64,000 nucleotides of DNA from Mobula hypostoma (lineage: Eukaryota), in contig NC_086101.1 of assembly GCF_963921235.1 (NCBI RefSeq), positions 3,350,001 through 3,414,000 of the forward strand, read 5' to 3'. Below the pieces are notes generated by a model that was given only the letters and a program-made list of their open reading frames with translations, made no database searches and had not been told where the DNA came from. The translations under genes were made by a program, and so were the position numbers. Every line of letters begins with the position of its first letter. The first letter of the stretch is position 1. Of the stretch, positions 1 through 13,094 are shown piece by piece.

Positions 1-279
1 CATGATGACTGGTCTGCTGATTTTAGATCTGGCTGATTTATACTGGTCCAAAGAAGCAAAGGTTGTGAAGTGCGGAAGAACTGTAGGTTCATTTACAGCG
101 GAATGGATTATTATCCTTAGAATAGCTTCAGGTTTACTTCCACTTCTAAATTCAGAGCGTGTATGTTGCTGTCACTGGGCTACACAGCACAAGAGTTTTT
201 CACACACGGGTCACTTCAACTTCAAGGGAACAATGCCAGCATGTCTCGCCACACTTCTGGTGCCAACATAGCATGCACA

Positions 280-408
280 CAACTTACCAACCGTATCCTC
301 TACGTCTTTCAAATGAGGGAGGAAACCAGAGCACCCAGAGGAAACCCACGCAGTCACAAAGAGAAGATATAAACTCTTGAGAGACAGCAGCAGAACTGAA
401 TGCGGGTC
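280..408 (-). mobile_element. tRNA-derived V-SINE (HE1-like) fragment
   Basis: Plus-strand GGAGGAAACCAGAGCACCCAGAGGAAACCCACGCAGTCAC resembles the reverse complement of the V-SINE central domain; related copy at 57695-57845. Confidence 0.55.
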
Positions 409-1290
409 ATAGAAAACCTACAGCACAATACAGGCCCTTCGGCCCACAAAGTTGTGCTGAACATGTCCCTGCCTTAGAAATTACTAGGGTTACCTATAGC
501 CCTCTATTTTTCTAAGCTCCATGTACCTATCCAAAAGTCTCTTAAAAGACCCTATTGTATCCGCCTCCACCACTGTTGCCGGCAGCCCATTCCACGCACT
601 CACCACTCTCTGAGTCAAAAACTTACCCCTGACATCTCCTCTGTACCTACTCCCCAGCACCTTAAACCTGTGCACTCTGGTGGCAACCATTTCAGCCCTG
701 GGAAAAAGCCTCTGACTATCCACACGATCAATGCCTCTCATCATCTTATACACCTCTATCAGGTCACCTTTCATCCTCCATCGCTCCAAGGAGAAAAGGC
801 TGAGTTCACTCAACCTGTTTTCATAAGGCATGCTCCCCAATCCAGGCAAAATCCTTGTAAATCTCCTCTGCACCCTTTCTATGGTTTCCACATCCTTCCT
901 GTAGTGAGGTGACCAGAACTGAGCACCGTACTCCAAGTGGGGTCTGACCAGGGACCTATATAGCTGAAACATTACCTCTCGGCTCCTAAATTCAATTCCA
1001 CGATTGATGAAGGCCAATATAAGTATGCCTTCTTAACCACAGAGTCAACCTGCGTAACTGCTTTGAGGGTCCTATAGACTCAGACCCCAAGATCCCTCTG
1101 ATCCTCCACACTGCCAAGAGTCTTACCATTAATACTATATTCTGCCATCGTATTTGCCCTACCAAAATGAACCACCTCACACTTATCTGGGATGAACTCC
1201 ATCTGCCACTTCTCAGCCCAGTTTTGCATCCTATCAATGTCCCGCTGTAACCTCTGACAGCCCTCCACACTATCCACAACACCCCCAACC
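409..1290 (-). mobile_element. 5'-truncated CR1 LINE (ORF2 C-terminus and 3' tail)
   Basis: ORFs 490-1017 and 1080-1277 give LYRSLVRPHLEY..QFWSP, LERWRMKGDLIEVYK and WAEKWQMEF; closely similar to the CR1 at 59024-61380. Confidence 0.95.
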
Positions 1291-1644
1291 AGTCGGGTCG
1301 GTGCAATAGTGTAACACTAGGCAGTGCAGCACCATGCTGACCTTCACAAAATATGCCCAGACATTACAGCAGGATAAACGTCACATCTACATGAAAGCCT
1401 GGACTGACACCACCACAAATCCCAACCCCAGTACCACAAGGCTATATGTGTACCTTACACAAAATACATTGTAGTTATTCGCTGACGCCCCTCTAACAGG
1501 ACAGCCCAACCACCTCTCGCACCAAGAATGATCACGGCAGCAGATCACCACCCTGTCTCGGAAATATGGCTTTTAGTTCTTGTTTAGAGATACAGCACAT
1601 TAAAAGGCCCTTCCAGACCGATGAGCCAGGGTCAGAGATGTCTT

Positions 1645-4485
1645 CGATCGGCTGCACTGCTTTCTAAAAGGGGAGGGTAGGCAGCCAGAAGTCTGTGTAC
1701 ATACTGACACCAATGACACGGGTAGGAAAAGGGAGGACGCCCTGAAGAAGGAATTTAGGGAGTGAGATAGAAAGCTGAAAAGCAAGGGCACTGGGGTAGT
1801 AATTTCTGGATTTCCACCCATGCCACGTGTCAGTGAGGGCAAGAATTGGATGATTTGGCAGATAAATGTGTGGCCAAGGGACTGATGTCAGATTTCTGGA
1901 TCATTGGGCTCTCTTCTGGGGAAGGTACGACCTGTACAAAAAGTACAGGTTACACCCAAACCCAAGGGGAACGAAGATCCTTACGGGCAGGCTTGCTGGA
2001 GCTTTTGGGGTGGGCTTAAACTGAATTGGCAGGGGGATGGGAACCACAGTGGTAGGGCTGAGGATGGGGCAGTAGGTATACAACTTGATGCAGTATGCAG
2101 TGAGACTGTCAGGAAGGACATGCAGATCATGGCAAAATAGGCAACCATGCAGTCAGTGGGATGAGTTGTAGTGTAACATAGGGACAAAATCCAAAAGGGT
2201 GAGAAATACAGGACTGAAGATGTTATATGTGAAAGCAGATAGTATATGGAATAATGTAGATGATCTTGTAGCAGTTAGAGACTGGTGGATATGACATTGT
2301 GGGCATCACAAGAGTCGTGGCTGAAAGATCAAGGATACACATTCTATCAAAAGGATGGGCAGAGGGGGTGTTGGTAAAAAAAAAACTGTAATCAAATTCT
2401 GAGAAAGAGGTGACACAGGATCAGAAGATGTAACATTGTTGTGGGTAGAGTTAAGAAACTGCAAGGGTAAAAAGACCCTGATGGGAGTTATATACGGGCC
2501 TCTGAACAGTAGGCAGGATGTGGGTTACAATTTACAAAGGGAGATAGAAAACGCATGTCAAAAGGGCAATGTTACATAACAAGAACAGGAGCGGGAGTCG
2601 GCCATCCGGCCCATCAAGCCTGCCCTGCCATGCAATAAGATCATGGCTGATCTGTCCGTAAACTCAGCTCCATCTACCAGCCTTTTCCCCATAACCCTTA
2701 ATTCCCTTACTATGTAAAAACCTATCTACAACAGTTATGGGGAATTTCAGTATGCAGGTAGATTAGGAAAATCGGGTTGGTGCTGGATCCCCAAATGGCT
2801 TTTTAGAGCAGCTTCCGTTTGAGCCCACTAGGGGAAAGGCAATTCTGCACTCGTGCTGTATAATGAAATGCACTTGATTAGGGAGCTTAAGGTAAAGGAA
2901 CCCTTGGGAGGCAGTGACTTCAGCCTGCAATTTTAGAGGGAAAAGCTAAAGTCGGGTCTGTCACTACTAGAGTGCATTAAAGCCATGAGAGAGGAGTTGG
3001 CCAAAGTTGACTGGCAGGGATTGGAGCAGAGTAGCAATGGCAAGTTTCTAGGAGAAAATTGGAAGGCATAAAATAGATACACCTCAAACAAGTATTATAA
3101 AGCCAGGATGAGTGGCTGACAAGGGAAGTCAAAAACAGCACAAAAGCAAAAGAGACGGCATATAATAGAGCAAAAATTAGTGGAAAGTTAGACGATTGGA
3201 AAGCTTTTAAAAAAACCAACAGAAGCCAACTGAACAAGTCATAAGGAGGGAATGATGAAATATGAAAGCAAGATAGCCAATAATATCAAAGAGGATATCA
3301 AAAGCTTTTTCAAATATATAAAGAGTAAAAGAGGTGAGAGCAGGTATCAGTCCACTGGAAAATGATGCTGGAGAGGTAGTAATGGGGGACAAGGAAATGG
3401 CAGACAAACTGCATAAGTATTTTGCATGTCTTCACTGTGGAAGACACTAGCAGTGTGCTGGAAGTTCGTGACTGTCAGGGGGCAGAAGTGAGTGCAGTTG
3501 GTATTACGAGGGAGAAGGTGTTTGGGGAGCTGAAAGAGGTAGCCGAAGACATTGTGGAGGCATTAGTAATGATCTTTCAAGAATCACTAGGTTTTGGGGT
3601 TCAGGAGGACTGGAAAACTGCAAATGTTACTCCACTCTTCAAGGGAAGGAAGCAGAAAAAAGTAAATTATAGGCCAGTAAATGTGTTAGAGTTGATTGTT
3701 AAGGTTGCGGTCTCAGGGTACTTGGAGACACATGATAAAACAGGTCAAAGTCAGCATGGCTTCCTCAAGGGAAAATCTTGTCTGATAAATCTGTTGGAAT
3801 TCTTTGAGTAAGATAGACAAAGGAGAATCAGTTGATGTGTTTTTGGATTTTCAGAAGGCCTTTGACAAGGTTCTGTTTATGAGGCTGCTTAACAAGTAAA
3901 GAACCCACGGTTTATAGGAAAGGTAAGAGCATTGATAGAGCATAGGCAAAGTTTGGGAATAAGGGGGACCTTTTCTGGTTGGCTGCCTCTTTTTGTGACG
4001 GCTTCTTTTTACGTTATATGTCAATGATTTGGATGACGAAACTGATGGCTTTGTGGCTAAGTCTGAGAATGATTAGGTAGGTGGAGGGGCAGGTAGTTTT
4101 GAGGAAGCAGGAAAGCTGCAGAAAGACAGACAGATTAGGAGAATGGGCATAGTGGCAAATGGAGTAAGTGTAGGGCAGTGTATGTTCATGTACTTTGGTG
4201 GAAGGAACAGAAGCTTATACTTTTTTAAATAAGTGGGCAGAAAATTCAAAACACCAAGGTGCAAAGGACTTGGGAGTCCTCATGCAGGATTCCCTAAAGG
4301 TTAGCTTGCAGGTTGAGTCCATAGTGAGGAAGGCAAATGCAATGTTAGCATTCATTTCAAGAGGACTAGAACATAAAAGCACTGGTGATGCCTCACTTGG
4401 AGTATTGTGAGGCTCCTTATCTAAGAAAGGATGTGCTGAAATTCGAGAGGTTCAGAGGAGGTTCATGAGAACAATTCCAGGATTG
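1645..4485 (+). mobile_element. Degenerate CR1 LINE (ORF1 end and ORF2 EN/RT fragments, with a nested CR1 tail near 2580-2730)
   Basis: EDWKTANVTPLFK, NYRPV, QHGFLKGKSCLINLLEFFE and KANAMLAFISRG motifs; many frameshifts. Confidence 0.9.
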
Positions 4486-5900
4486 TACCGGATGACTGGA
4501 AAATTGGCAATGTTACTTCGCTATTTATGCAGGGTGGGAGGCAGCAGAACGGAAACTATAGACCCGTTAGCCTGACATCAGTGGTTGGGAAGTTGTTGGA
4601 ATTGTTAGGGATAAGATTATGGAATACCTGGAGGCACATGACAAGATAGGCCAAAGCCAGCGTGGTTTCCTGAAAGGAAAATCCTGCCTGACAAACCTAC
4701 TGCAATTCTTTGAGGAAATTACAAGCAGGGTAGATAAAGGAGATGCAGTAGACATGGCGTACTTGGATTTTTCAGAAGGCCTTTGACAAGGTGCCGCATA
4801 TGAGGCTGCTTAGCAAGATAAGAGCCCATGGAATTACAGGGAAGTTACTAGCATGGATAGAGCATTGGCTGGTCGGCAGAAAACAGAGAGTGGGAATAAA
4901 GGGATCCTATTCTGGCTGGCTGCCGGTTACCAGTGGAGTTCCACAGGGGTCGGTGTTGGGACTGCTGCTTTTTAGGATGTATGTCAATGTTTTAGACTAT
5001 CGGATTAATGGATTTGTGGCAAACTTGCTGATGATACAAAGATAGGTGGAGGAGCGGGTGGTGTTGAGGAAACAAAGAGCCTGCAGAGAGACTGAGATAG
5101 TTTAGGGGAATGGGCAAAGAAGTGGCAAATGAAATACAATGTTGGAAAGTGTATGGTCATGCACTTTGGTGAAAGAAATAAACAGGCAGACTATTATTTA
5201 GATGGGGAGAGAATTCAAAATGCAGAATTGCAAAGGGATTTGGGAATCCTTGCACAAGATATGCTAAAGATTAACTTCCAGGTTGAGTCTATTGTGAAGA
5301 AGGCGAATGCAATGTTGGCATTCATTTCTAGAGGTACAGAATATAAGAGCAGGGATGTGATGTTGAGGCTCTATAAGGCTCGTGAGACCACACTTGGAGT
5401 ATTTTGTTGCAGTACTTGTAGCTTTGGGCTCCTCATTTTAGAAAGGATATACTGACATTAGAGAGGGTTCAGAGAAGATTGACAAGAATTGGATCAGCCT
5501 ATCATTGAATGGTGGAGCAGACTCCATGGGCCGAATGGCCTACTTCTGTTCCTATCTCTTATGGTCTTATGGGATTGAAAGGCTTATCATAAGAGTAGCA
5601 TTTGATGACTCTGGGCCTGTACTCACTGCAATTTAGAGAAACGACGGGCTGTCATTGAACCCTATCAAATATTGAAAGGCCTCAATAGGGTGGATGTGGG
5701 CAGTCTAGGACCAGAGGGCACAGCCTCAGAATAGAGAAATGTCCATTTAGAATGGCGATGTGGAGGAATTTCTTTAGCCAGAGGGTGGTGAATCACTAGA
5801 ATTCATGTCACAGGCGGCTTTGGAGGCCAAGTCATTGGGTATATTTAAGGCAGACGTTGATAGGTCCTCGATTAGTCAGAGCTTGAAAGATTATGGGGAG
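4486..5900 (+). mobile_element. Nested CR1 LINE RT fragments
   Basis: [26 protein letters not shown] (4791-5045) and KYNVGKCMVMHFG (5129-5455). Confidence 0.9.
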
Positions 5901-6119
5901 GGAGGCACTTGGCATTCAAGATGGGGTTGATCACTGATCTTCTGATTGATGGTAACAGCATTACACTAACCGGTATACTCCCGGGCCACATCATGTTCTA
6001 ATTTCCCATGCCCTGTTCTATGATCCCTCCCATCGTTCAGCATCCCACCGTTCATTAGGCAAGACCCCCACGCCGTTTACCCTCCCCAAACACGCCACCT
6101 CTTTCTTCAGCTTCTTCAC

Positions 6120-7462
6120 TTGATCACTTGATTCTGGCATGGTCCCGGAGGACTGGAAGATTGCAAATATCACCCCTCTCTTTAAGAAGGGAGAAAGGCA
6201 AAAGAAAGGAAATTATAGGCCAGTTAGCTTAACCTTAGTGGTTGGGGTAAGTGTTGGAGTCTATTATTATGGATGAGGTTTCGGGGTCTGGGAGACTAAT
6301 AATAAGATAAGTCAAAGTCAGCATGGTTTCTGCAAAGGGAAATCTTGCCTGAGTTCTTCGAGGAAGTAACAAGCAGGGTGGACAAAGAAGAGGCAGTAGA
6401 TGTCATTTACTTGGATTTTCAGAAGGCTGACAGGCAGGACGCAGAGTGGGGAAATAAAAGGGGCTTTTTCTGGTTGGCGGCCAGTGACTAGTGGTGTTCC
6501 TCAAGGTCAGTACTGGGACTGCTACTTTTCACATTGTTTGTTAATGATTTAGATAATGGAATAGATGGCTTTGTGGCAAAGTTTGAAAATGATACGTAGA
6601 TGGAGGGGTAGACGGTGCTAAGGAAGCAATGCGATTGCAGCAGGACTTAAGACAAATTGAAAGAATGGGCAAAAATGTGGCAGACGGAATACAGTATAAT
6701 ACATTCTGGCAAAAGGAACAATACTGTAGACTATTATCTAAATGGGGAGAAGGTTCAAACATCAGAGGTGCAGAGGGACTTCGGAGTCCTCATGCAAGAC
6801 TCCCAGAAGGTCAATTCACAGGTTGAGTCTGTGGTAAAGCAGGCAAATGCAACGTTGGCATTCATTTCAAGGGGAATAGAATATAAAAGCAAGGGGATAG
6901 TACTAAGCCTTTATAAGACACTAGTCAGGCCGCACTTAAGAGTAACGCCAACAGTTTTGGGCCCTATGCCTCAGAAAGGATGCGTTGTCATTGGAGAGAG
7001 TCCAGTGGAGGTGCACGAGGATGATTCCGGAAATGAAGGGGTTAACACTTGACGAGTGTTTGGCAGCTCTGGGTCTGTAATCACTGGAACTTAGAAGAAT
7101 GCGGGAGGATCTGATTGAAAGGACTCGATAGGGTGGATGTGGAGAGGATGTTTCCTATGGTGGGGGTATCAGAACTCGAGGGCACAGCCTCAAAATTGAG
7201 GAGCAACCCCTTAGAACAGAGGTGAGGAGGAATGTTTTTTTAGCTGCAGAGAGGTACATCTGCGGAATGCTCTGCCGCAGACTGCGGTCAAGACCAAATC
7301 CGTGTGTATATTTAAGAAGGAAGCTGATCATTTCCTGATCGGTCAGGGCATCAAAGGATATGACGAAAAGACAGGTGTATGGGCTTGAGTAGGATCTGGG
7401 ATCAGCCACGATGGAATGGCGGAGTAGACTTGATGGCCTAATTCTGCTCCTGTGTCTTATGG
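6120..7462 (+). mobile_element. Degenerate CR1 LINE
   Basis: ORF 6657-7052 (ANATLAFISRGIEYK..LYKTLVRPHL); 3' tail GGCCTAATTCTGCTCCTGTGTCTTATGG. Confidence 0.9.
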
Positions 7463-7494
7463 TACACACCCAATCCCCATCCTTCTGAATAAAG

Positions 7495-8035
7495 AAAATA
7501 TAAGCAAGCAGATTGGATGTTATGCTGTAGTTGCTTAAGATGTTGGGGAGGTCAAATCTGGAAAATTGTTCAGTACTGGTCACCTATCTAGAAGATTGAA
7601 AGAGTTAAGAGAACATTCACAAAAATGTTGCCAGGACCTGAGCACCTGAAAAGATTGAATTGGGAAGGACTTTATTCCCTGGAGTGTACAAGATTGAGAG
7701 GAGATTTGATAGAGGTATACAAGATCATGAGTAGTACAGACAGGATAAATGCAAGCAGGCTTTTTCCACTGAGGTTGGGTGAGACTAGAACTAGAGGTCA
7801 TGGGTTAAGGTTGAAAGGTGAAATGTTTAAGGGGAAATGCTTCACTCAGAGTGTGGTGAGAGTGTGGAATGAGCTGCCGGTGGGAGTGGGGTCTATTTCA
7901 ACATTTCAGAGGAATTTGTATAGGCACATGGTTGTGACGGGTATGGAGGGCCATGGTCCAGGTGCAGGTTGACAGGATTAATCAGAATAACTTTGAGATG
8001 GGCTGAAGCGTCTGTTTCTGTGCCGTACGCTCTGC
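7495..8035 (+). mobile_element. CR1 LINE 3' fragment
   Basis: ORF 7625-7972 (GLYSLE..RLRGDLIEVYKIM..TRTRGHGLRLKG..WNELP). Confidence 0.9.
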
Positions 8036-8071
8036 AATTCAGATCTTTGGAGGAGGAAACGAGCTCTGTAC

Positions 8072-8109
8072 CTTTCGTAGAGAGGCTTTCGCTGTGGCCG
8101 CTTGGAGAC
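8072..8109 (-). CDS. NELFE: Negative elongation factor E, coding exon 5 (VSKRPQRKPLYE-S)
   Basis: Pyrimidine-rich acceptor ...cttttctcag, 38-nt exon, donor AG|gtacag; matches human SSRRPQRKSLYES as recalled. Confidence 0.9.
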
Positions 8110-8293
8110 CTGAGAAAAGCAAGAGAGGCGAATATCAGTAGCAAGGCAGGAGAAAGCTTTCGTGGCTGCGATAGCAGCCAACTGCCATGTGGCCCAAGGC
8201 ACACACGAATGGATTTGGACACCAACACTGCCCAGCCCCTCTAATCCTGCCCCATCACCTTAACAAAATCAGCGGGGCAGCCCGTGGACTGAC

Positions 8294-8368
8294 CTCGAGG
8301 TTGTCATCATCAGCAGAGACACTGCGCTGGAAGGGCTGGAACGATGGCGTTGGTCCTTTCTCCGGGTC
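8294..8368 (-). CDS. NELFE: NELFE coding exon 4 (DPEKGPTPSFQPFQRSVSADDDNLE)
   Basis: Acceptor ...ccttttccaatcag, 75-nt phase-0 exon, donor gtcagt; matches human DPEKGPVPTFQPFQRSISADDDLQE as recalled. Confidence 0.96.
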
Positions 8369-8439
8369 CTGATTGGAAAAGGAAAGAGAGTGTCATGGAG
8401 GTAACACACAGCATCCAACCCTCAATAAACACAAGCTTC

Positions 8440-8725
8440 TGCAGATACTGAACATATTAACACACAAAATGCAGATCAGGCAACATCTATGGAGTCGACA
8501 TTTCAGGCTGAGGTCCTTCATCAGGACAGGAAAGAAAGAGGGAAGATGCCAGAATAAGGTGGTGGGGACGGTGTTGGTCACCTATTTCAATTCAATTTCC
8601 CATTCTGATGTGCCTGTCCATTGCCTCCTCTACATCTGCAATGAGGCCACACTCAGGTTGGAAGAGCATCACCTCATATCCCATTTGGGTAGCCTTTAAC
8701 CTGATGTCACAAACATCAATTTTGT
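8440..8725 (-). mobile_element. Penelope-like element fragment with terminal hammerhead motif
   Basis: ATLRLEEHHLISHLGSL (PLE C-terminal motif, plus strand) joined to an inverted terminal segment carrying CTGATGA..GAAA. Confidence 0.6.
8494..8527 (-). ncRNA. Minimal hammerhead ribozyme-like motif
   Basis: Minus strand GTC-CTGATGA-AGG-ACCTCAG-CCT-GAAA-TGTC-GAC: core boxes, 3-bp stem I, 3-bp stem II, GUC triplet. Confidence 0.45.
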
Positions 8726-8784
8726 GTAGATTTTCTCTGTACTCTTTTAATCTTATCAATATCTTTCCTGTAGAGAGCTGAGTG

Positions 8785-9718
8785 TAGCTAAGTTTGCTGA
8801 TGATACTAAATTGAGTGGAAAAGCAAATTGTGCAGATGATACGGAGAGTCCGCAGAGAAATATAGATAGGTTAGTGAGTGAGCAAAGGTCTGGCAGATGG
8901 AGTACAATGTTGGTAAATGTGTGGTCATCCACTTCGGAAGGAAAAATAAAAGAGCAGATTATTATTTAGACAGTAAAAAATTGCAGGATGCTGCTGTGCA
9001 GAGGGACTTGGGAGTGCTTGTGCATGAATCACAAAAGGTTGGTTTGCTGGTGCAGCAGGCTATCAAGAAGGCAGATGAAATGTTGGCCTCATTGCTAGAG
9101 GGATTGAATTTAAGAGCAGGGAGGTCATGCTGCAACTGTACAGAGTACTGGTGAGGCCGCACCTGGAGTACTGCGTGCAGTTTTGGTCTCCTTACTTGAG
9201 GAAGGATATACTGGCTTTGGGGGCAGTGCAGAGGAGGTTCACCAGTTTGACTCCAGAGATGAGGGGTTAGACTATAAGAAGAGATTGAGTTGCCTGGGAC
9301 TGTACTCGCTGGAATTCAGAAGGATGAGAGGAGATCTTATATAAACATATAAAATTATGAAAGGGATAGATAAGACAGAGGCAGGACTGTTGTTTCCACT
9401 GGGAGGTAAGACTAGAACTAGGGAACTAGGGTACATAGCCTCAAGATTCGGGGGAGTAGATTTAGGACCGAGATGAGGAGGAACTGCTTTTCCCAGAGAG
9501 TGGTGAATCTGTAGAATTTTCTGCCCAATGGAGCAGTGGAGGTTACCTCAGTAAATATACTTAAGACAAAGTCGGATAGGTTCTTGCACGGTAGGGAATT
9601 AAGGGTTATGAGGAAAAGGCAGGTAGGTGGAGTCCGTGGCCAGATCAGCCATGATCTTACTGAGTGGTGAAGCAGGCTCGACTGGCCAGATGGCCAACTC
9701 CTGCTCCTATTTCTTATG
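8785..9718 (+). mobile_element. CR1 LINE 3' part
   Basis: KFADDTK coding near 8791; MEYNVGKCVVIHFGRKN; 3' tail CTCCTGCTCCTATTTCTTATG. Confidence 0.9.
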
Positions 9719-9804
9719 TAGAACACTTGCCAGACAAGAGGGGTCAGCTTGGGACAAGGCAAAAGCTGGTGCATGGACGATATAAGGAAGGGTTAAATGT
9801 GATT

Positions 9805-9970
9805 CCTGCAACACTCACAAAATGCTGAAGGAACTCAGCAGGCCAGGCAGCATCTATGGAAAAGACACTCAGTCAATGTTTTGGACTGAGACCCTGCATC
9901 AGGTCTGCTGAAGGGCCTCGGCCTGAAATGTCGACTGTTTCCTCTTTTCTAGTGTCTGCAGATTTTCTCT
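9805..9970. mobile_element. Penelope-derived terminal element with two inverted degenerate hammerhead motifs
   Basis: ACAAAATGCTGAAGGAACTCAGCAGG terminus, then CAGTC..CATCAGG (minus motif) back-to-back with CTGCTGAAGGGCCTCGGCCTGAAATGTCGACTG (plus motif). Confidence 0.55.
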
Positions 9971-10269
9971 TGAAATGTGATCACTCCACAAGACAAAGTG
10001 CCGTTAGCCTGGAGTGGGATTGTGTTGGAATGCAGTACAGAACCACTCCGCAGAATGTTTTGAGGAAGTTAGGGGAGTACAAGTCCACAGTCATTATTGT
10101 TGATAACAGTGAAAAACATGTCTGCCTGGGCTGAAGGTCGTTATTGATGGGTGGGGGGGGGTGCTACCACCAGGGGATGGGAAAATACCAGTGAAATGGG
10201 TTTTGAAGGATATTAAAGGGGCACTTTCTCTATGAAAGGGGAAGTTTTGACTTAGGCTAGATCACAGCT

Positions 10270-11095
10270 GGTGCTAAGATAAGAAACAATAAGCTTCAAG
10301 ACCTTGGCCTCAACACCTCCGTGTGCAATTGGATCGTTGACTTCCTCACTGTCAGACCTGGTCAGTTTGGATTGGCAGCAACATCTCCACAGCACAGGCG
10401 CACCACAAGGTGCTCGACTCGGTTTACACCTATGACTGCGTGGCTGTGGCTGAGCGGCTCCAACACCATGTTCAAGTTTGCCGACAACACCACTGTCGTA
10501 GGCCAAATTAAAGGTGGTGATGAACCAGCATAAAGGAGGAAGACTGAAAATCTAGCCACAACGACAACCTCTTATGTAACGTCAGTAAGACTGAAGGGCT
10601 GATTATAGACTTCAGGAGGAGGAAAGCAGAGGTCCATGAGCTTGTCCTCATCGGAGGATCAGAGGTGGAGAGGGTCAGCGACTTTAAATTCCTTGGGGTT
10701 ATTATTTCGGAGGACCCGTCCTGGGCCCAGCACATAACTGCAATTATAAAGACAGCACGGCAGCCCCGCTACTTCCTTAGTAGTGGGCGAAGATTCAGCA
10801 TGGCATCTAAAACTTCTATCAATGCATAGTGGACAGCATATTGACTGGCTGCATCACAGCCTGGAATGGAGAATCCGACAAAGGGTAGTGAACATGGCCA
10901 AGTCCACATGGGTAAAGCCCTCCCCACCACTGAGCATGTTGGAACAGGAAAGCAGCTCCATCAGCAAGCACTCCACCATGCAGGCCACGCTCCCCTCTCG
11001 CTATTGCCATCAGGAAGAAGGTACACAAGCCTCAGGACTCACACCACCAGGTTCAGGAACAGTTATTACCCCTCAACTATCAGGCTCCTGAACCA
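10270..11095 (+). mobile_element. Rex1/Babar-type LINE RT 3' fragment
   Basis: CNWIVDFLT.RP, KFADNTTVVGQI and LSLLPSGRRYTSLRTHTTRFRNSYYPSTIRLLN. Confidence 0.88.
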
Positions 11096-11099
11096 AATC

Positions 11100-13090
11100 A
11101 GAATCAGATTTAATACTGCTGGCAAATGTTGTGAAATTTGTTAACTCTTAAGATGGCAATACAATGAAATACATTATAAATAGAGAAAAAGAACTGATAG
11201 AAAAAGATATGTCTATTAAACAGTTAAGTTACAATGAATAGTGCAAAATAACAGAAATAAAGTGTAGTGAGGTAGTGTTCACAGGTTCAATGTCCATTCA
11301 GAAATCGGTTGGCAGAGGGGAAGAAGCCGTTCCTGAATCCCTGAGTGTTTGTCCTCAGGCGTCTGTATCTCCTTCCTGATGGTAACAGTGAGAAGAGGGC
11401 ATGCCCTGGATGGTGAGGGTCCTTACTGACCTCAGGCACCGCTCCCTGAAGACGTCTTGGATACTATGGAGGCTGGTACCCACTGACGAATTGTACAAGT
11501 TCCTGCAACTTATTTCGATCTTGTGTAGTAGCACCCCACCCGCCACCCCACCATACAGTGATGCAGCCTGTCAGAATGTACTCCGTGATATATTTGTAGA
11601 AGTTTGAGTGTTTTAGTTGACATACCAAATCTCCTCAAACTCCTAATGAAATATAGCCACTGTCTTGCCTTCTTTAAGGCTGCAGCAATATGTTGCCGTC
11701 CAGGTTAGATCCTCAGAGATGTTCACAGAAAGGAACCTGAAATTGTTCACTCTCTCCACTTCTGATCCTTCTATGAGGATTGGTTCGTGTACCCTTGTCT
11801 TACCTTTCCCAAAGTCCACAGGCAGCTCCTTGGTCTTGCTGACGTTGAGTGCCAGGTTGTTGCTGTGATACCACCCAACCAATTGGCATATCTCACTCCT
11901 GTAGGCCTTTTGTCAGCACCTGAGATTCTGCCAACAATGGTTGTATTACCAGCAAATACATAGATGCTGTTTGAGCAATGCCTAGCCACAAAGCCATGGG
12001 TGTGGAGAGAGTAGAGCAGTGGACTAAGCACACATTCCTGTGGCACCAGAGTTAATTGTCAGCGAGGTGGGGATGTTATTTCCAATCTGCACAGATTGTG
12101 GTATTCTGGTTAAGAAGTCAATGATTCAGTTGCAGATGGAGGGACAGAGGCCCAGGTTTTGTAGCTTTCGATCAGGATCGTAGGAATGATGGTGTTAATA
12201 GCTGACATCCTGATTTGTATTTGTATCGCCCTATGATCTAAGGGACCCAGGAGAGCCATTGAGGTCGCATCTGCTGTAGACCTATTGTGGCAATAGGCAA
12301 ATTGCAATGGGTCCAGGTCCTTGCTGAGACAGGAGTTGATTCTAGTCATGACCAACCTCCCAAAGCATCTCATCACCGTAGATGTGAGCGCTACTGGACG
12401 ATAGTCATTGAGGCCGCTGACACTGCTCTTCTTGGGCACTAATTGTTGCCCTTTAGAAGCAGGTGAAAACTTCCGACCGTAGCAGTGAGAGATTGAAAAT
12501 GTCTTCCGAGTTCTCCTGCCTGTTGGTTGGCACAGATTTTCAGACCATTACCAGGCACTCCATCAGGCCCTGCTGCCTCGCAAGGGTTGATCCGCCTGAC
12601 GTCGGCCTCTAATTCAGAGACCACAGGGTCATTAGATCCTCATAGCTGTGGTTTTATTCTCCCTTTCAAAGCAAGCATAAGAGGCGTTGAGCTCCTCTGG
12701 GAGTGAAGCAACGCTGCCATTCATGATGTTAGGTTTCGCCTGGTAAGAAGTGATGGCCTGCAAACCCTGCCAGAGTTCACGCGCATCCGATGCCACCTCC
12801 AGCCTCGTACGGAATTGTTTGTTCACTCTTGAAACAGCACTCCACACGTCATACCAGGTCTTCTTGTACATACCTGGATTGCCAAACTTAAATCCCTCAG
12901 CAAGACAATGAACCTCCTGGTTCATCAACAGCTTTTGGTTTTAGAATGTACAGTAAGTTCTCGTAGTTACACTCTCACCCACACAGGTTTTACTGAAGTC
13001 AGAGATAGCTGCGGTGTACGCATCCAGGCTCGAAATCGAATCCTGAATACTCTGACTCAAAGCAGACCTGAAAGCATTCCTGTGCCTCCC
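11100..13090 (-). mobile_element. Rex1/Babar-type LINE, degenerate
   Basis: [50 protein letters not shown] and AAGPDGVPG. Confidence 0.92.
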
Positions 13091-13094
13091 TGGA

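Noticed and set aside
2..36. ATGATGA...CTGA as a C/D box snoRNA
   Set aside because: The boxes are too close together, there is no terminal stem, and it is antisense to the host gene.
1..8000. Further NELFE exons (RD-repeat or RRM)
   Set aside because: No matching spliceable segment was found in the non-repeat gaps by eye. They are presumably beyond position 1, though a divergent short exon could have been missed.
8030..8063. LVSSSKDL just after NELFE exon 5, resembling the next human segment FVSSSDRL
   Set aside because: It is out of frame, separated by a gap too short to splice, and followed by CR1 sequence; probably chance.
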